The notes beneath the pieces were generated by a model. That model made no database searches. It was not told where the DNA came from and was given only the letters and a program-made list of their open reading frames with translations. From Thermodesulfobacteriota bacterium (GTDB lineage: Bacteria; Desulfobacterota_D; UBA1144): DNA of 49,716 nt. The position numbers were made by a program, and so were the translations under genes. Position 1 is the stretch's first letter. The number at the start of each line of letters is the position of its first letter. Positions 36,212-45,856 of this stretch are shown here, in pieces. The stretch is from NCBI GenBank assembly GCA_036340075.1, contig JAYYZJ010000011.1, positions 1 through 49,716 on the forward strand, read 5' to 3'.

Positions 36212-38008
36212 ATGAAGTACACACAAAAAATTGCAGTATTCTATCCCTGCACCTATACCGAGTATAAAAAAGGAGACTTACACACTGCTACAGAAAAATT
36301 AATATCTAGCAAACCCTCCTTAGAATATTCTTTTGATTTATTTTTTATATTCAATAAACCTAGCGCAGATAACTACAACTCTCTGCTTAAGTTTGAATCT
36401 AGAAGTGTTATAAATTCGGTTTACATTCATTCTCTAAATCTTTCGGAAGAAGAAGATTTATATGTTCAAACTTGGAAATCAAAAAAAGACCTACCCTCAC
36501 CAATACCCCCTCACGGTTTAAGTTCTGGTCCAAATTTATCTTTTTACAATAGTTTATACTATTTACTTTCACACTCAAATGAATACGACAACTTTTTACT
36601 AATAGAATCTGACGTTCAATTTACTAAAACTCATTGGTTTGATAAATTATTAGAATTTTGCAATGAAGATTTTTTAATTGCTGGTTCCAAATACAAGGGG
36701 TTAAATGAATGGCATAATCAACTAGATTATAAAGATCATTTAAATGGAATAGCTATTTACAAAAACTCAATGCATCTTTACTTTCTTTTAAAAGAATCTG
36801 AAGAATATCTTATTCAATCTGTAAATAATGGAACTTTATTTATCAACTTCGATATTGCTATAGACGAGTGGAGGAGATCAGAACAAGGTAAAAAGTTTTT
36901 TAAAAAAAGCCCCCCACTAATTGACACCCATTTTATCACAAATGCTAGCGATCCAGTTGACGCAAACTTAACGCTACCAGAAATACTTCACCTACATCCA
37001 GAAACATGCATACTTCACCATAAAACAGGTAGAGATAACACATCTTTTGCTTTTGAATCTCAAGGAGCTGAATCCAAAGATGATTTACAATTTTCAGCTC
37101 AATCAAAAATAAACTCTATAAAGTTTGAAAACCCAAATAACTTAGAACATTCAAACTTTCAAAAATTACCTATTTTTTTCAATGTCCCTCAGAATGCTGG
37201 TTCTTATATCACTAGTAAAATATTTTTATACTTAAGAGCTTATAGGGATAAATTCAATCTCAAACATTTATTTGGATTAAACAAAGAGTCTATATTCAAT
37301 CTTACAATTCACAAAGACTCAATACCTATTTTTACAATTATAGGTTCTGATAGTAAAAGCGTTTTAGATGCAAATGAAAATATCATTCATAATAGATCTA
37401 TAGAATACCAAATGGAATTTAATGATTTTTCCCAAGACTTATTGAAAGATATTTTTACTTTTTGTTTAATTGTAAATCCAAATGGTTTTAATATTTTTGA
37501 TGAAATAGTATCTCCAGACTTTGATTCTTACAAAAAATATCCCTTCTTAGTATTAAGAGATCCCTTTGAAAGAGTAAAATCAAAATATTCTTACAAAAAC
37601 GAAAGGCCAGATTTTTCAGATTACTTGCAAAGCTGCAAATATGAAGACTCTTGGTTAATAAGAAATTTATTGAATGTTCGTTTAAATGTTGATTTAGATA
37701 AAATACACTTTGATTTAACATCTTCCATTTTAGAATATTTTAAAGTTTTTAGTTTACCTCAAAATAGATGCTCTAAAATTTCTCAAGAACTTGATTATTT
37801 TTTAGATAAATGTTTTACAGAGTGTTGGAGTGTAAGCTCTACAGATATCCACCCTGATTGGCTATTAGAAGAAAATGTTTTAGTATATAAATCAAATGAA
37901 AACTCTTTAAACATTAATTTAAGTGAACTCCCACAAAATACTCAAGAAAAATTTTTAATTCACACTAATTTTTCAAATAAATTGTACAAAAAATTTTTAA
38001 CAGTGTAA
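36212..38008 (+). CDS. Two-domain protein: glycosyltransferase-like N-terminus plus sulfotransferase-like C-terminus
   Basis: N-terminal SGPN...LIESD...HLNGIAIY; C-terminal FFNVPQNAGS (5'-PSB-like, Lys replaced by Gln) and LRDPFERVKSKY (3'-PB). Confidence 0.55.
   Translation: MKYTQKIAVFYPCTYTEYKKGDLHTATEKLISSKPSLEYSFDLFFIFNKPSADNYNSLLKFESRSVINSVYIHSLNLSEEEDLYVQTWKSKKDLPSPIPPHGLSSGPNLSFYNSLYYLLSHSNEYDNFLLIESDVQFTKTHWFDKLLEFCNEDFLIAGSKYKGLNEWHNQLDYKDHLNGIAIYKNSMHLYFLLKESEEYLIQSVNNGTLFINFDIAIDEWRRSEQGKKFFKKSPPLIDTHFITNASDPVDANLTLPEILHLHPETCILHHKTGRDNTSFAFESQGAESKDDLQFSAQSKINSIKFENPNNLEHSNFQKLPIFFNVPQNAGSYITSKIFLYLRAYRDKFNLKHLFGLNKESIFNLTIHKDSIPIFTIIGSDSKSVLDANENIIHNRSIEYQMEFNDFSQDLLKDIFTFCLIVNPNGFNIFDEIVSPDFDSYKKYPFLVLRDPFERVKSKYSYKNERPDFSDYLQSCKYEDSWLIRNLLNVRLNVDLDKIHFDLTSSILEYFKVFSLPQNRCSKISQELDYFLDKCFTECWSVSSTDIHPDWLLEENVLVYKSNENSLNINLSELPQNTQEKFLIHTNFSNKLYKKFLTV
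38003..38007 (+). promoter_or_regulatory. GTGTA motif overlapping a stop codon, putative late promoter
   Basis: CAGTGTAATA, 14 nt before ATG 38022. Confidence 0.4.
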
Positions 38009-38021
38009 TAAAAAATAGATT

Positions 38022-38738
38022 ATGAAGATATATACTTACTACGAAGACATTAATTTTAAAGTTCAAAATCCGCTGGTCAACATATGGAAGAAAAGCTGGG
38101 AAAACCAAGGTTTTGAAGCTATAGTTTTAGGTCGGGCTGACGCAGAGGAGCATGATTTTTATGGAGAATTTGTATCGAGACTTGAAAAACTACACCTCGA
38201 TATTATAGAAAAACCTATACAACCTTATGGCATGAGTTGTTATTTAAGATGGTTAGCCTACGCAAATACATTAGACTCAAATTCATTTGTTAGCGATTAT
38301 GATGTTATTAACGTTAAACTTCCATCAAACCAAAGCTTACCAAATAGATTGATGTTTTATGATAATTGCTGTCCATGCTTTGCTTCTGGCACTAGTAAAC
38401 TTTTTATGCAATTTTGTTTTGATATTTTAAATATTAGCGAGCGAAACTTAATTGATTTAAAAAATAAAAAAATTGAACCTTGGTATCACGATCAAGAATT
38501 TATAGTTAATAACGAAAATGAATTTAAAAACTTAGATTATGTAACAATGGATAACAGAGATCCGATGCAAAGATTAATTCAACAATACGAGCATAAAAAT
38601 CCTTTTATTGAAAACAACTCTAAGGTTCTTCATTTTTCCCACGGTTCAATAGGACATGCTAAAGAAAATTTTCCAGAGCTTAAAGATGAGAACTCAGATG
38701 AACTTAGAGTAAGTTTGATAAATGATGCCTTAAAGTGA
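38022..38738 (+). CDS. Putative glycosyltransferase (DxD type)
   Basis: WKKSW...CYLRWLAY...SDYDVIN...HDQE...HFSH. Confidence 0.55.
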   Translation: MKIYTYYEDINFKVQNPLVNIWKKSWENQGFEAIVLGRADAEEHDFYGEFVSRLEKLHLDIIEKPIQPYGMSCYLRWLAYANTLDSNSFVSDYDVINVKLPSNQSLPNRLMFYDNCCPCFASGTSKLFMQFCFDILNISERNLIDLKNKKIEPWYHDQEFIVNNENEFKNLDYVTMDNRDPMQRLIQQYEHKNPFIENNSKVLHFSHGSIGHAKENFPELKDENSDELRVSLINDALK

Positions 38739-39400
38739 AAGTTTTAGTTTCTATATTAACTAGTAGCTACACTCAAGCTCAAGCAGATTCTTGTATAGAT
38801 ACTTGGGTTAAAGATATTAAAGATCCTCATGAATATATTTTCTACGGAGATAAACTTCAATCTCTAAATTTAATTAATACTATAAATTGTTCTCCAGATT
38901 CAGGAGAAAGTAGATCTAGATTACCAGAAAAAACTTTAAAAATGCTTAGATCATCACTCAGATATGATTGGGATTTTTTATTTAAATGTGATGACGATAC
39001 ATATCTTCATTTTGATAAACTTGTAAAATATCTTAAGAATTTTGATAGCTCACATTCACTATACATTGGTAATAAAATATTTAACCACGGCATTAAATAC
39101 GCTCAAGGCGGGGCTGGATATATACTAACAAGAAGCTCGGTAATAAAATGCATAAACTCTTTAGAAAAGTTTTTCTCAAACCCTAAAGAAACTAAAATAG
39201 CTGAAGATTATTCTGTGGGTAAAGCTCTTCATGTTGAGGGTGTAGAACTACAAGCATGCAATGAACTTGTATGCCCATCGCCCAAAAATGTAAAAATAGA
39301 CAGTACAATTCCAGCGAAACATATTATTGAATCAGGTAAAATATCAAGTCATTATGTTACCCCTGAAACAATGAGATTTATTTACAACACAATGCAATGA
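38735..39400 (+). CDS. GT31 (Fringe/beta-1,3-galactosyltransferase-like) glycosyltransferase
   Basis: DTW, FLFKCDDDTY, LYIG, YAQGGAGYIL, AEDYSVG, SSHY; GTG start overlapping the previous stop. Confidence 0.8.
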   Translation: MKVLVSILTSSYTQAQADSCIDTWVKDIKDPHEYIFYGDKLQSLNLINTINCSPDSGESRSRLPEKTLKMLRSSLRYDWDFLFKCDDDTYLHFDKLVKYLKNFDSSHSLYIGNKIFNHGIKYAQGGAGYILTRSSVIKCINSLEKFFSNPKETKIAEDYSVGKALHVEGVELQACNELVCPSPKNVKIDSTIPAKHIIESGKISSHYVTPETMRFIYNTMQ

Positions 39401-39990
39401 TTTCCTTAAAACATAAGTATATATTTATTCATATTCCTAAGTGCGCTGGTTCAACTATTGAAGATACACTACAAGAAGATAGTTGCATTTTAAGAAAAAA
39501 TACTTGGCCTAATAACTTAAAAGTTCCTTATCCCTTAAACCACTTAACGCTAGATGACATTAAAAACTCAAAAATAATTTTTCCTAATTTTAGTGCGTTT
39601 TATTCATTCACTTTTACTAGAAACCCTTTTGATAGATTAGTTTCAGAATATTTTTACCTCAAAAAAAGACTAAAAAAATTACCTAATAATACCAAAGAAG
39701 GTTTAATATTTTTATCTAATAAAAGTGAAAATGGAATAATGGGCAACCACTGCATGCATCAACATAAATTTATTAATGACAATATTAATTATGTTGGAAA
39801 GTTTGAAAATCTCCAAGAAGACTTCAACATTATTTGTGACAAAATTGGAATCCCAAAACAACAACTTCCACACTCAAACAAAAGCAAACACAAACACTAC
39901 ACCGAGTACTACGATGATGAAACAAAACAAATTGTTGCAGAAAAATACGCACGAGACATTGAGTGTTTCGGTTATGAATTCGGAGAATAA
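39397..39990 (+). CDS. Sulfotransferase (Sulfotransfer_2 family)
   Basis: FIHIPKCAGSTI and RNPFDRLVSEY PAPS-binding motifs. Confidence 0.9.
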   Translation: MISLKHKYIFIHIPKCAGSTIEDTLQEDSCILRKNTWPNNLKVPYPLNHLTLDDIKNSKIIFPNFSAFYSFTFTRNPFDRLVSEYFYLKKRLKKLPNNTKEGLIFLSNKSENGIMGNHCMHQHKFINDNINYVGKFENLQEDFNIICDKIGIPKQQLPHSNKSKHKHYTEYYDDETKQIVAEKYARDIECFGYEFGE

Positions 39991-40557
39991 ATTATGAAAT
40001 TAATTCGTACACAATATAGAGTTTCTACAGAATATGGTCATCCCTACAAGTTTGTATATTTTGTAATTCATAAAAATGGAACTCGGTCTATTTTTAATTT
40101 GTTTAATTTTAAACAAGAGTCTTTCAAGTTTTACGATCCTAATATGTACAAAGATTATTTTACTTGGACAATGGTAAGGAACCCGTGGGATAGACTGGTT
40201 TCTGCATACATAAATAAAGCTTCAAAAAAATATGGTCCTTGGAGTAAATTTGAAAACCTAACATTCTCAGATTTTATTTATAATAAAGAAGGGATAGAAA
40301 ATAGTCATACTTGTATTCAGAATACTCAAATACCACCTGATATAGACTTCATAGGAAAATATGAAAACTTCCAAGAAGACTTTGATATAATCTGCGATAA
40401 AATTGGAATTCCACGACACGAACTTCCACACAAAAATGCTTCAAAACACAAACACTACACCGAATACTACGATGATGAAACTCGTCAAATCGTTGCGGAA
40501 AAATACGCAAAAGACATTGAGTATTTCGGATACAAATTCGGAGAATAAATTATGAAA
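39796..40557 (+). repeat. Two 204-bp direct repeats (39796-39999 and 40354-40557)
   Basis: Colinear, closely similar 3' ends of both sulfotransferases, including identical TTCGGAGAATAAATTATGAAA across the stop and the next start. Confidence 0.85.
39994..40548 (+). CDS. Sulfotransferase (Sulfotransfer_2 family), paralogue
   Basis: YFVIHKNGTRSI, VRNPWDRLVSAY, shared C-terminus. Confidence 0.88.
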   Translation: MKLIRTQYRVSTEYGHPYKFVYFVIHKNGTRSIFNLFNFKQESFKFYDPNMYKDYFTWTMVRNPWDRLVSAYINKASKKYGPWSKFENLTFSDFIYNKEGIENSHTCIQNTQIPPDIDFIGKYENFQEDFDIICDKIGIPRHELPHKNASKHKHYTEYYDDETRQIVAEKYAKDIEYFGYKFGE

Positions 40558-41286
40558 ATTATAGAACAAAATGGAGTTTTCTTTCCTGACGACGTAAAAA
40601 CCGATCATCAAAAGTTTATACCAGGATCGGAAATATATAAAAAATACATGAAACACATACTGCAAACCCTTGCAGATTTTCATGAATTTGCAGAGAATAA
40701 CAACATAATTTATTCACTCAGTGGTGGTTCACTAATGGGTTATTTCTGGAATAAAGATATAATACCATGGGATGACGATATAGATATAATGCTTGGTGAA
40801 AAAGATTATTTTTTGGTAAAAGAAAAGTTGTGGGAAGCAGGATCGCATATGGGTAAGCCAAAATTCAATTGGGGGTGGAACTCAAAATTCTGGAGAAAAA
40901 CTCCTATTTGTGGAAAAGATTATATATTCTCGCCTAACCATATAAGCTATACAAAACCAACTGAAGAAGGGGGCAGGCATTTACTTAAACTCATACCTAT
41001 AACTAACTTAGAAAAAAATTGCGCAGGCGGACTAGATATTGGTTTGTGTAAACGACTTAAAAACGGAAAACATAAAGAGTATTGGACACCAGGCAGAACT
41101 TGTTGTGGCCCAACTGATAATTTTAACAGGGACTTGTGTCCACTTGTTTCTTTTGCGGGAATCACAACAAGAGCAATAGTAAAAAGCTTTGCAACACCTC
41201 ATCTGGATGAAGTTTACGGTAAAAAATGGGTAATTCCAAGCCATCCAAGAATTAAACGCTTTTATAATGTAGAAGATTATAGATAA
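40552..41286 (+). CDS. LicD-family phosphotransferase
   Basis: GGSLMG...IIPWDDDIDI...LDI...LDEVYG. Confidence 0.85.
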   Translation: MKIIEQNGVFFPDDVKTDHQKFIPGSEIYKKYMKHILQTLADFHEFAENNNIIYSLSGGSLMGYFWNKDIIPWDDDIDIMLGEKDYFLVKEKLWEAGSHMGKPKFNWGWNSKFWRKTPICGKDYIFSPNHISYTKPTEEGGRHLLKLIPITNLEKNCAGGLDIGLCKRLKNGKHKEYWTPGRTCCGPTDNFNRDLCPLVSFAGITTRAIVKSFATPHLDEVYGKKWVIPSHPRIKRFYNVEDYR

Positions 41287-41310
41287 ATAACAAAATAACT
41301 AATAACAATC

Positions 41311-42027
41311 ATGAACAAAATAATATGGATGTGCTGGTTTCAAGGCTCTAATCATTGGTTAATGGGTAATTTCATGCGCCTTTGTATTTATAGGTGGAAA
41401 ACATTAAACCCAGATTGGAAAGTAATTGTTTTATGCGATGAAACAATTTCAAATTACGTTCCTGAGTATTTTCGCATTATAAATAATTCTCCTGATAGAA
41501 GAATTCAGCATAAGTCTGACTTATTACGATTACTATTATTATCAAAGTATGGAGGAGTATGGGCTGATGGAAGTCTATTTCCGATGAAACCACTATCTTC
41601 TTTCTACAACAAGATAGTCAATAAAACTGGTTTTTTCTCATACCGCTTTTTACCTAGACATAGAAGGCGAGAAACAGTCGTGTGGTTTTTATGTTCAAAA
41701 TTTCCAAACAACTATCTAATTAAGAAATGGAAAAATAAATTCGTAAAAAAGTTTAAAGAAAAAGCTAAATTCGGATACTACGAAATGGCATTTACCCTGT
41801 CTGAACTATATGACACAGATAAAAAAGTAAAATCCATCATAGATAATATGGTACAAATTAGTGAGAAATTACCTCACTCAGCTATGAAGAGTTGGAAAAA
41901 AAGAAAAAAAACATATATGTATAAGAGACCAAATAGAGATGAACTGGTCAAAGATCTATATTCAAAAAAAGAATTTAAAAAAATTATTAAAAAATACAAA
42001 GAATTTTATCAAGATAAAGATAAATGA
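41311..42027 (+). CDS. Capsular polysaccharide synthesis protein (Caps_synth/GT32-like)
   Basis: KIIWMCWFQG, NPDW, SDLLRLLLLSKYGGVWAD. Confidence 0.85.
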   Translation: MNKIIWMCWFQGSNHWLMGNFMRLCIYRWKTLNPDWKVIVLCDETISNYVPEYFRIINNSPDRRIQHKSDLLRLLLLSKYGGVWADGSLFPMKPLSSFYNKIVNKTGFFSYRFLPRHRRRETVVWFLCSKFPNNYLIKKWKNKFVKKFKEKAKFGYYEMAFTLSELYDTDKKVKSIIDNMVQISEKLPHSAMKSWKKRKKTYMYKRPNRDELVKDLYSKKEFKKIIKKYKEFYQDKDK

Positions 42028-42461
42028 AAACGGGAATAACATTCTCAACTTTTGATCTTCTTCATGCGGGTCATATAGCAATGCTAAAAGAAGCTAAGCA
42101 ACATTGCGACTATTTAATTTGCGGTTTGCATGTTGACCCTCAAGTTGAACGTCCAGAAAAAAACAGTCCAATTCAAAGCGTAGTGGAAAGATACCTCCAA
42201 CTATCTGCCGTAAAATATGTAGATGAAATAGTACCCTATAATTTAGAAAAAGACCTTGCAGATATATTATTAACATTCCCAATTAATATTAGAATAATTG
42301 GCGCAGACTATAAAGACACAGATTTTTCAGGCAAACAACTTTGTATTGATAATAATATAGAAATCTATTATAATAGTAGAAGCCACAACTTTTCTAGTAG
42401 CGGATTAAGAAAAAGAGTTTTTAATGAAGAAGAAAAAAATAATAAGCAAAAAAGAACTTAA
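42024..42461 (+). CDS. Glycerol-3-phosphate cytidylyltransferase-like (TagD family)
   Basis: STFDLLHAGH, VKYVDEI, RSHNFSSS. Confidence 0.85.
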   Translation: MKTGITFSTFDLLHAGHIAMLKEAKQHCDYLICGLHVDPQVERPEKNSPIQSVVERYLQLSAVKYVDEIVPYNLEKDLADILLTFPINIRIIGADYKDTDFSGKQLCIDNNIEIYYNSRSHNFSSSGLRKRVFNEEEKNNKQKRT

Positions 42462-42684
42462 ACAAGCTTTAGAGTTAAACAATAAAATACTAAAGCTTTT
42501 TCCAGACAGTGATTCAATGCACTCAACCTACAATCATTTATCTAATTTTATTTCAGAAAGAATTAGAACTTTTGAACAATTTAAGGATAATCCTTATAAG
42601 ATGCATACTTCTGCAGCAAAATTTAATTCAGATAAAGAACTTGACTTAGGTGAATACATACAAGCCTTTAGACATGATCCTTAG
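42424..42684 (+). CDS. Hypothetical protein
   Basis: 86-aa ORF filling the gap before rmlB. Confidence 0.55.
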   Translation: MKKKKIISKKELKQALELNNKILKLFPDSDSMHSTYNHLSNFISERIRTFEQFKDNPYKMHTSAAKFNSDKELDLGEYIQAFRHDP

Positions 42685-42689
42685 TATAC

Positions 42690-43619
42690 ATGAACCTATT
42701 AGTTACAGGAGGCTTAGGTTTCATTGGCAGTAATTTTATTGAATATATATTCAATAAATATAATTACAATATTCACAACCTTGATTTAAAAACATATGCG
42801 GCAAACTACGATAATATAAGTGAAGAAATTAAAAAATCAGGAAGGTATACTTTATCGATTTGCGATATTAATGACTCTAATCGCGTCAAAAATTTAATTA
42901 ACAAACAAAACATTAATTATATTGTTAATTTTGCAGCTGAAAGTCATGTAGATAATAGCATAAATAACTCTGCCCCTTTTATAAAAACCAATATAAACGG
43001 AACGCACTCCTTATTGAGCTTACTTCACGATTGCCCAAGTATTGAGAGATACCTTCAAGTATCTACAGACGAGGTTTATGGCAGTTTACATGAGGGCGAT
43101 AATGCCTTTACTGAAAATAATCCACTACAAGCTAATAGCCCTTATTCTGCAAGTAAAGCTAGTGCAGATTTATTATGCCGCAGTTTTTATGAAACTTTTA
43201 ATTATCCTATTTTAATTACTCGCTGCTCAAATAATTACGGACCTAATCAACATGAAGAGAAATTAATTCCATTAATGATTAAAAACGCTAAGGAAGGTAA
43301 AAAACTTCCTGTTTATGGAGATGGTAGAAATATTCGCGACTGGATTCATGTGTCAGATCATTGTTCAGGAATTGATGCAGTTCTACATAGAGGTAAAATA
43401 GGAGAAGTTTACAATATTGGCGGCAACAATGAACTGCGCAATATTGATATAGTAAAAACTATTCTTAAATTACTCGATAAAAATGAAGATCAAATAGAAT
43501 TTGTAAAAGATCGATTAGGTCACGATTGGCGCTATGCAATTGATAATACTAAAATAAAAAACGAATTAAATTGGTTTCCTAGTGTAAATTTTGAAGAAGC
43601 ACTAAAACAATTACTATGA
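42690..43619 (+). CDS. rfbB: dTDP-glucose 4,6-dehydratase
   Basis: TGGLGFIGSN, FAAESHVD, VSTDEVYG, YSASKA, RCSNNYGP, DRLGHDWRY. Confidence 0.95.
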   Translation: MNLLVTGGLGFIGSNFIEYIFNKYNYNIHNLDLKTYAANYDNISEEIKKSGRYTLSICDINDSNRVKNLINKQNINYIVNFAAESHVDNSINNSAPFIKTNINGTHSLLSLLHDCPSIERYLQVSTDEVYGSLHEGDNAFTENNPLQANSPYSASKASADLLCRSFYETFNYPILITRCSNNYGPNQHEEKLIPLMIKNAKEGKKLPVYGDGRNIRDWIHVSDHCSGIDAVLHRGKIGEVYNIGGNNELRNIDIVKTILKLLDKNEDQIEFVKDRLGHDWRYAIDNTKIKNELNWFPSVNFEEALKQLL

Positions 43620-44170
43620 ATAAAAGGAAACAAGTTGTTATCACGGGGACAGGAAGAGCAGGTACAACTTTGCTTGTAAGTATTTTTACAAAACTAGGTA
43701 TGGAGACAGGTTTTTGTAAAGAGCATGTTGATTCTGTTCTGAATACTAAATCAAAAGGCGGTTTAGAGAAGAGACCCGAGGATCATACACCCCATATAAT
43801 TAAATCTCCATTTTTTTATAATAAAACGGCTATGTTAAAAAACGCCGAACATGTAATAATTCCAATTAGAGATTTGAAAGATTCAGCAAAAAGTCGAGCT
43901 AGAATTGGACAGGGTAACGGTGGATTTTGGGGAAAAGCAAAAGATGTGGAATCTCAAATGAAGTTTAATTCTGAAGTAATATACTCACTAATGTATATTT
44001 TGAGTGAATTGGATGTTCCATTTACATTGATACAATTCCCTAGGCTAGCAAAAGATGCAGATTATTTATGGAAAAAATTAAATTGGCTTTTTGAGGATTA
44101 CAATATCACTCCCGATAGATTTAAAAAAATTTATGGTGAAGCTATTAATAAAAGCTACATTCATTTTTAA
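43616..44170 (+). CDS. Sulfotransferase-like P-loop protein
   Basis: ITGTGRAGTTLL, IKSP, IPIRDL..SA.SR. Confidence 0.6.
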   Translation: MNKRKQVVITGTGRAGTTLLVSIFTKLGMETGFCKEHVDSVLNTKSKGGLEKRPEDHTPHIIKSPFFYNKTAMLKNAEHVIIPIRDLKDSAKSRARIGQGNGGFWGKAKDVESQMKFNSEVIYSLMYILSELDVPFTLIQFPRLAKDADYLWKKLNWLFEDYNITPDRFKKIYGEAINKSYIHF

Positions 44171-44181
44171 ACTAATTAAAT

Positions 44182-44619
44182 ATGAACAAAGAAATAGTAG
44201 GATTCACTGCAGGTAACTTCGATCTCTTACATCCTGGTTACATTTACACATTTGAAGAGGCTAAACGTCATTGTGACCGTTTTTTAGTTTTTCTTCAAAG
44301 AGATCCAAGCGCCACAAGGTTTACAAAATACAAACCTGTCATACCATATTATGAACGTTACAAAGCATTAATGGCTATAAAGTATGTGGACGAGGTGTAT
44401 ATGTATCAAACTGAGGAGGAACTGGTGGAATTAATAAAATTCTGGAAACCTGATATTCGTATACTTGGAGAAGATTACATTGGTAAAAGTTTTACTGGGG
44501 ATGATTTACCTCCCCGTGTAATATATACTACTCGTTCGCATGAATGGTCAACTACTCGACTCAAAGATCTAATAACTAAACAAACAATAAAGCAAAACCC
44601 TGATATTTTAAACAAATAA
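44182..44619 (+). CDS. Second TagD-like cytidylyltransferase (HPGY variant)
   Basis: GNFDLLHPGY, IKYVDEV, RSHEWSTT. Confidence 0.8.
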   Translation: MNKEIVGFTAGNFDLLHPGYIYTFEEAKRHCDRFLVFLQRDPSATRFTKYKPVIPYYERYKALMAIKYVDEVYMYQTEEELVELIKFWKPDIRILGEDYIGKSFTGDDLPPRVIYTTRSHEWSTTRLKDLITKQTIKQNPDILNK

Positions 44620-44651
44620 ACTAACACTTTAACATTATATGAATAAACATT

Positions 44652-45236
44652 ATGATTAGAACTAATATTATTAATAAATTAGCCAGCGAAATAAACGCGC
44701 AAACTTACCTAGAAATTGGTGTTAGAGATCACCATTTAAATTTTGATAAAATCAACATTGCAAATAAAATTAGCGTTGATCCGCATGTTCATGATAGAGA
44801 GCCTAGCTACAAAATGACATCTGACGATTTCTTTAAACAGAACAAAGACACTTTTGATATCATTTTCATTGATGGGTTACACGAATCAGAATACGTAGAA
44901 AGAGATATTAATAATTCCCTCAAGGTGTTAAACGATAACGGTTTTATAATTTGTCACGATATGAATCCTACATCAAAAGAAATGCAAATTGTCCCCCCAA
45001 TACAAAATACATGGACTGGTGATTGCTGGAAAGCTTGGGTTAGAACAAGATCATTAAATCCAAACGTTAAAATGTTTGTCGTAAATACGGATTGTGGCTG
45101 TGGAGTTATACAAAAAGGTGCTCAACAACTACTAGACACAAAAGGTCTAGAATTAACATATGAAAATCTAAACTCAAATAGAGAAGAGTGGCTAAATTTA
45201 ATCTCTGTAGATGATTTCCTAAAAGCACAATTATGA
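44652..45236 (+). CDS. Class I SAM-dependent methyltransferase (Methyltransf_24-like)
   Basis: YLEIGV, SVDP, TSDDFF, FDIIFIDGLH, HD. Confidence 0.85.
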   Translation: MIRTNIINKLASEINAQTYLEIGVRDHHLNFDKINIANKISVDPHVHDREPSYKMTSDDFFKQNKDTFDIIFIDGLHESEYVERDINNSLKVLNDNGFIICHDMNPTSKEMQIVPPIQNTWTGDCWKAWVRTRSLNPNVKMFVVNTDCGCGVIQKGAQQLLDTKGLELTYENLNSNREEWLNLISVDDFLKAQL

Positions 45237-45838
45237 TAATAACAAGTGATAATTGGAACGTGTTTATTGAAGATAATTTATCTCATTATAACAAGGCAAT
45301 AATAAATGGTAAAGGTCCAAGTTTCAAACCTATTGATAACCCAATTGACAACACATTAATTACTTGTGTAAATGATTGCTTTCACGCTAGCAATTATACT
45401 GACCTTCTTGTTTGTAATGACATAGAATTTATAGAAAGAATTGATCATTCAAAACTTAAAGCTTTAAAATATTTAGCTGTACCCAATAAAATTCACAAAG
45501 GAGGAATTGCACAAGATGACGTTTCATACTTAAATGTTATTGAAATTGTCAAAAAATCTTTCTTTGGAGATTTAATTGTCTACAATTTAAAAGATCAACC
45601 CAAAAATAATAATTTTATATCCTTACCAACATATCTTTCTAGCTGTCATACTGCTGCAGATATAATTTCATTAATCCCAAATATACAAACTGTAGATATT
45701 TATGGGGTTGGCGGAGAAGGTTATTCAAAATTAATACCAACACCGAAAGTTAAAACATTGTGGTGTCCAAAAATGATAAGAGGCGGCTTAGATTTAATAA
45801 AAAACTCCTTGCAGGGCAAAACCGTTACAACACATTAA
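45233..45838 (+). CDS. Maf/DUF115-like or sialyltransferase-like (GT29/GT42-type start) ulosonate transferase candidate
   Basis: AIINGKGPS, TCVN, ND, SS..TA, VDIYGV pattern. Confidence 0.5.
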   Translation: MIITSDNWNVFIEDNLSHYNKAIINGKGPSFKPIDNPIDNTLITCVNDCFHASNYTDLLVCNDIEFIERIDHSKLKALKYLAVPNKIHKGGIAQDDVSYLNVIEIVKKSFFGDLIVYNLKDQPKNNNFISLPTYLSSCHTAADIISLIPNIQTVDIYGVGGEGYSKLIPTPKVKTLWCPKMIRGGLDLIKNSLQGKTVTTH

Positions 45839-45856
45839 TTATATTAAAATTTAATT

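Noticed and set aside
39796..40557. Diversity-generating retroelement TR/VR pair
   Set aside because: Both copies are coding, differences are not confined to adenines of one copy, and there is no reverse transcriptase in the window
980..42282. Short ORFs in the track nested in or antisense to long genes (e.g. 980..1183, 4364..4636, 12746..13036, 18473..18862, 39776..39997)
   Set aside because: They overlap well-supported genes wholly or largely, lack motifs, and mirror the codon bias or repeats of the real gene
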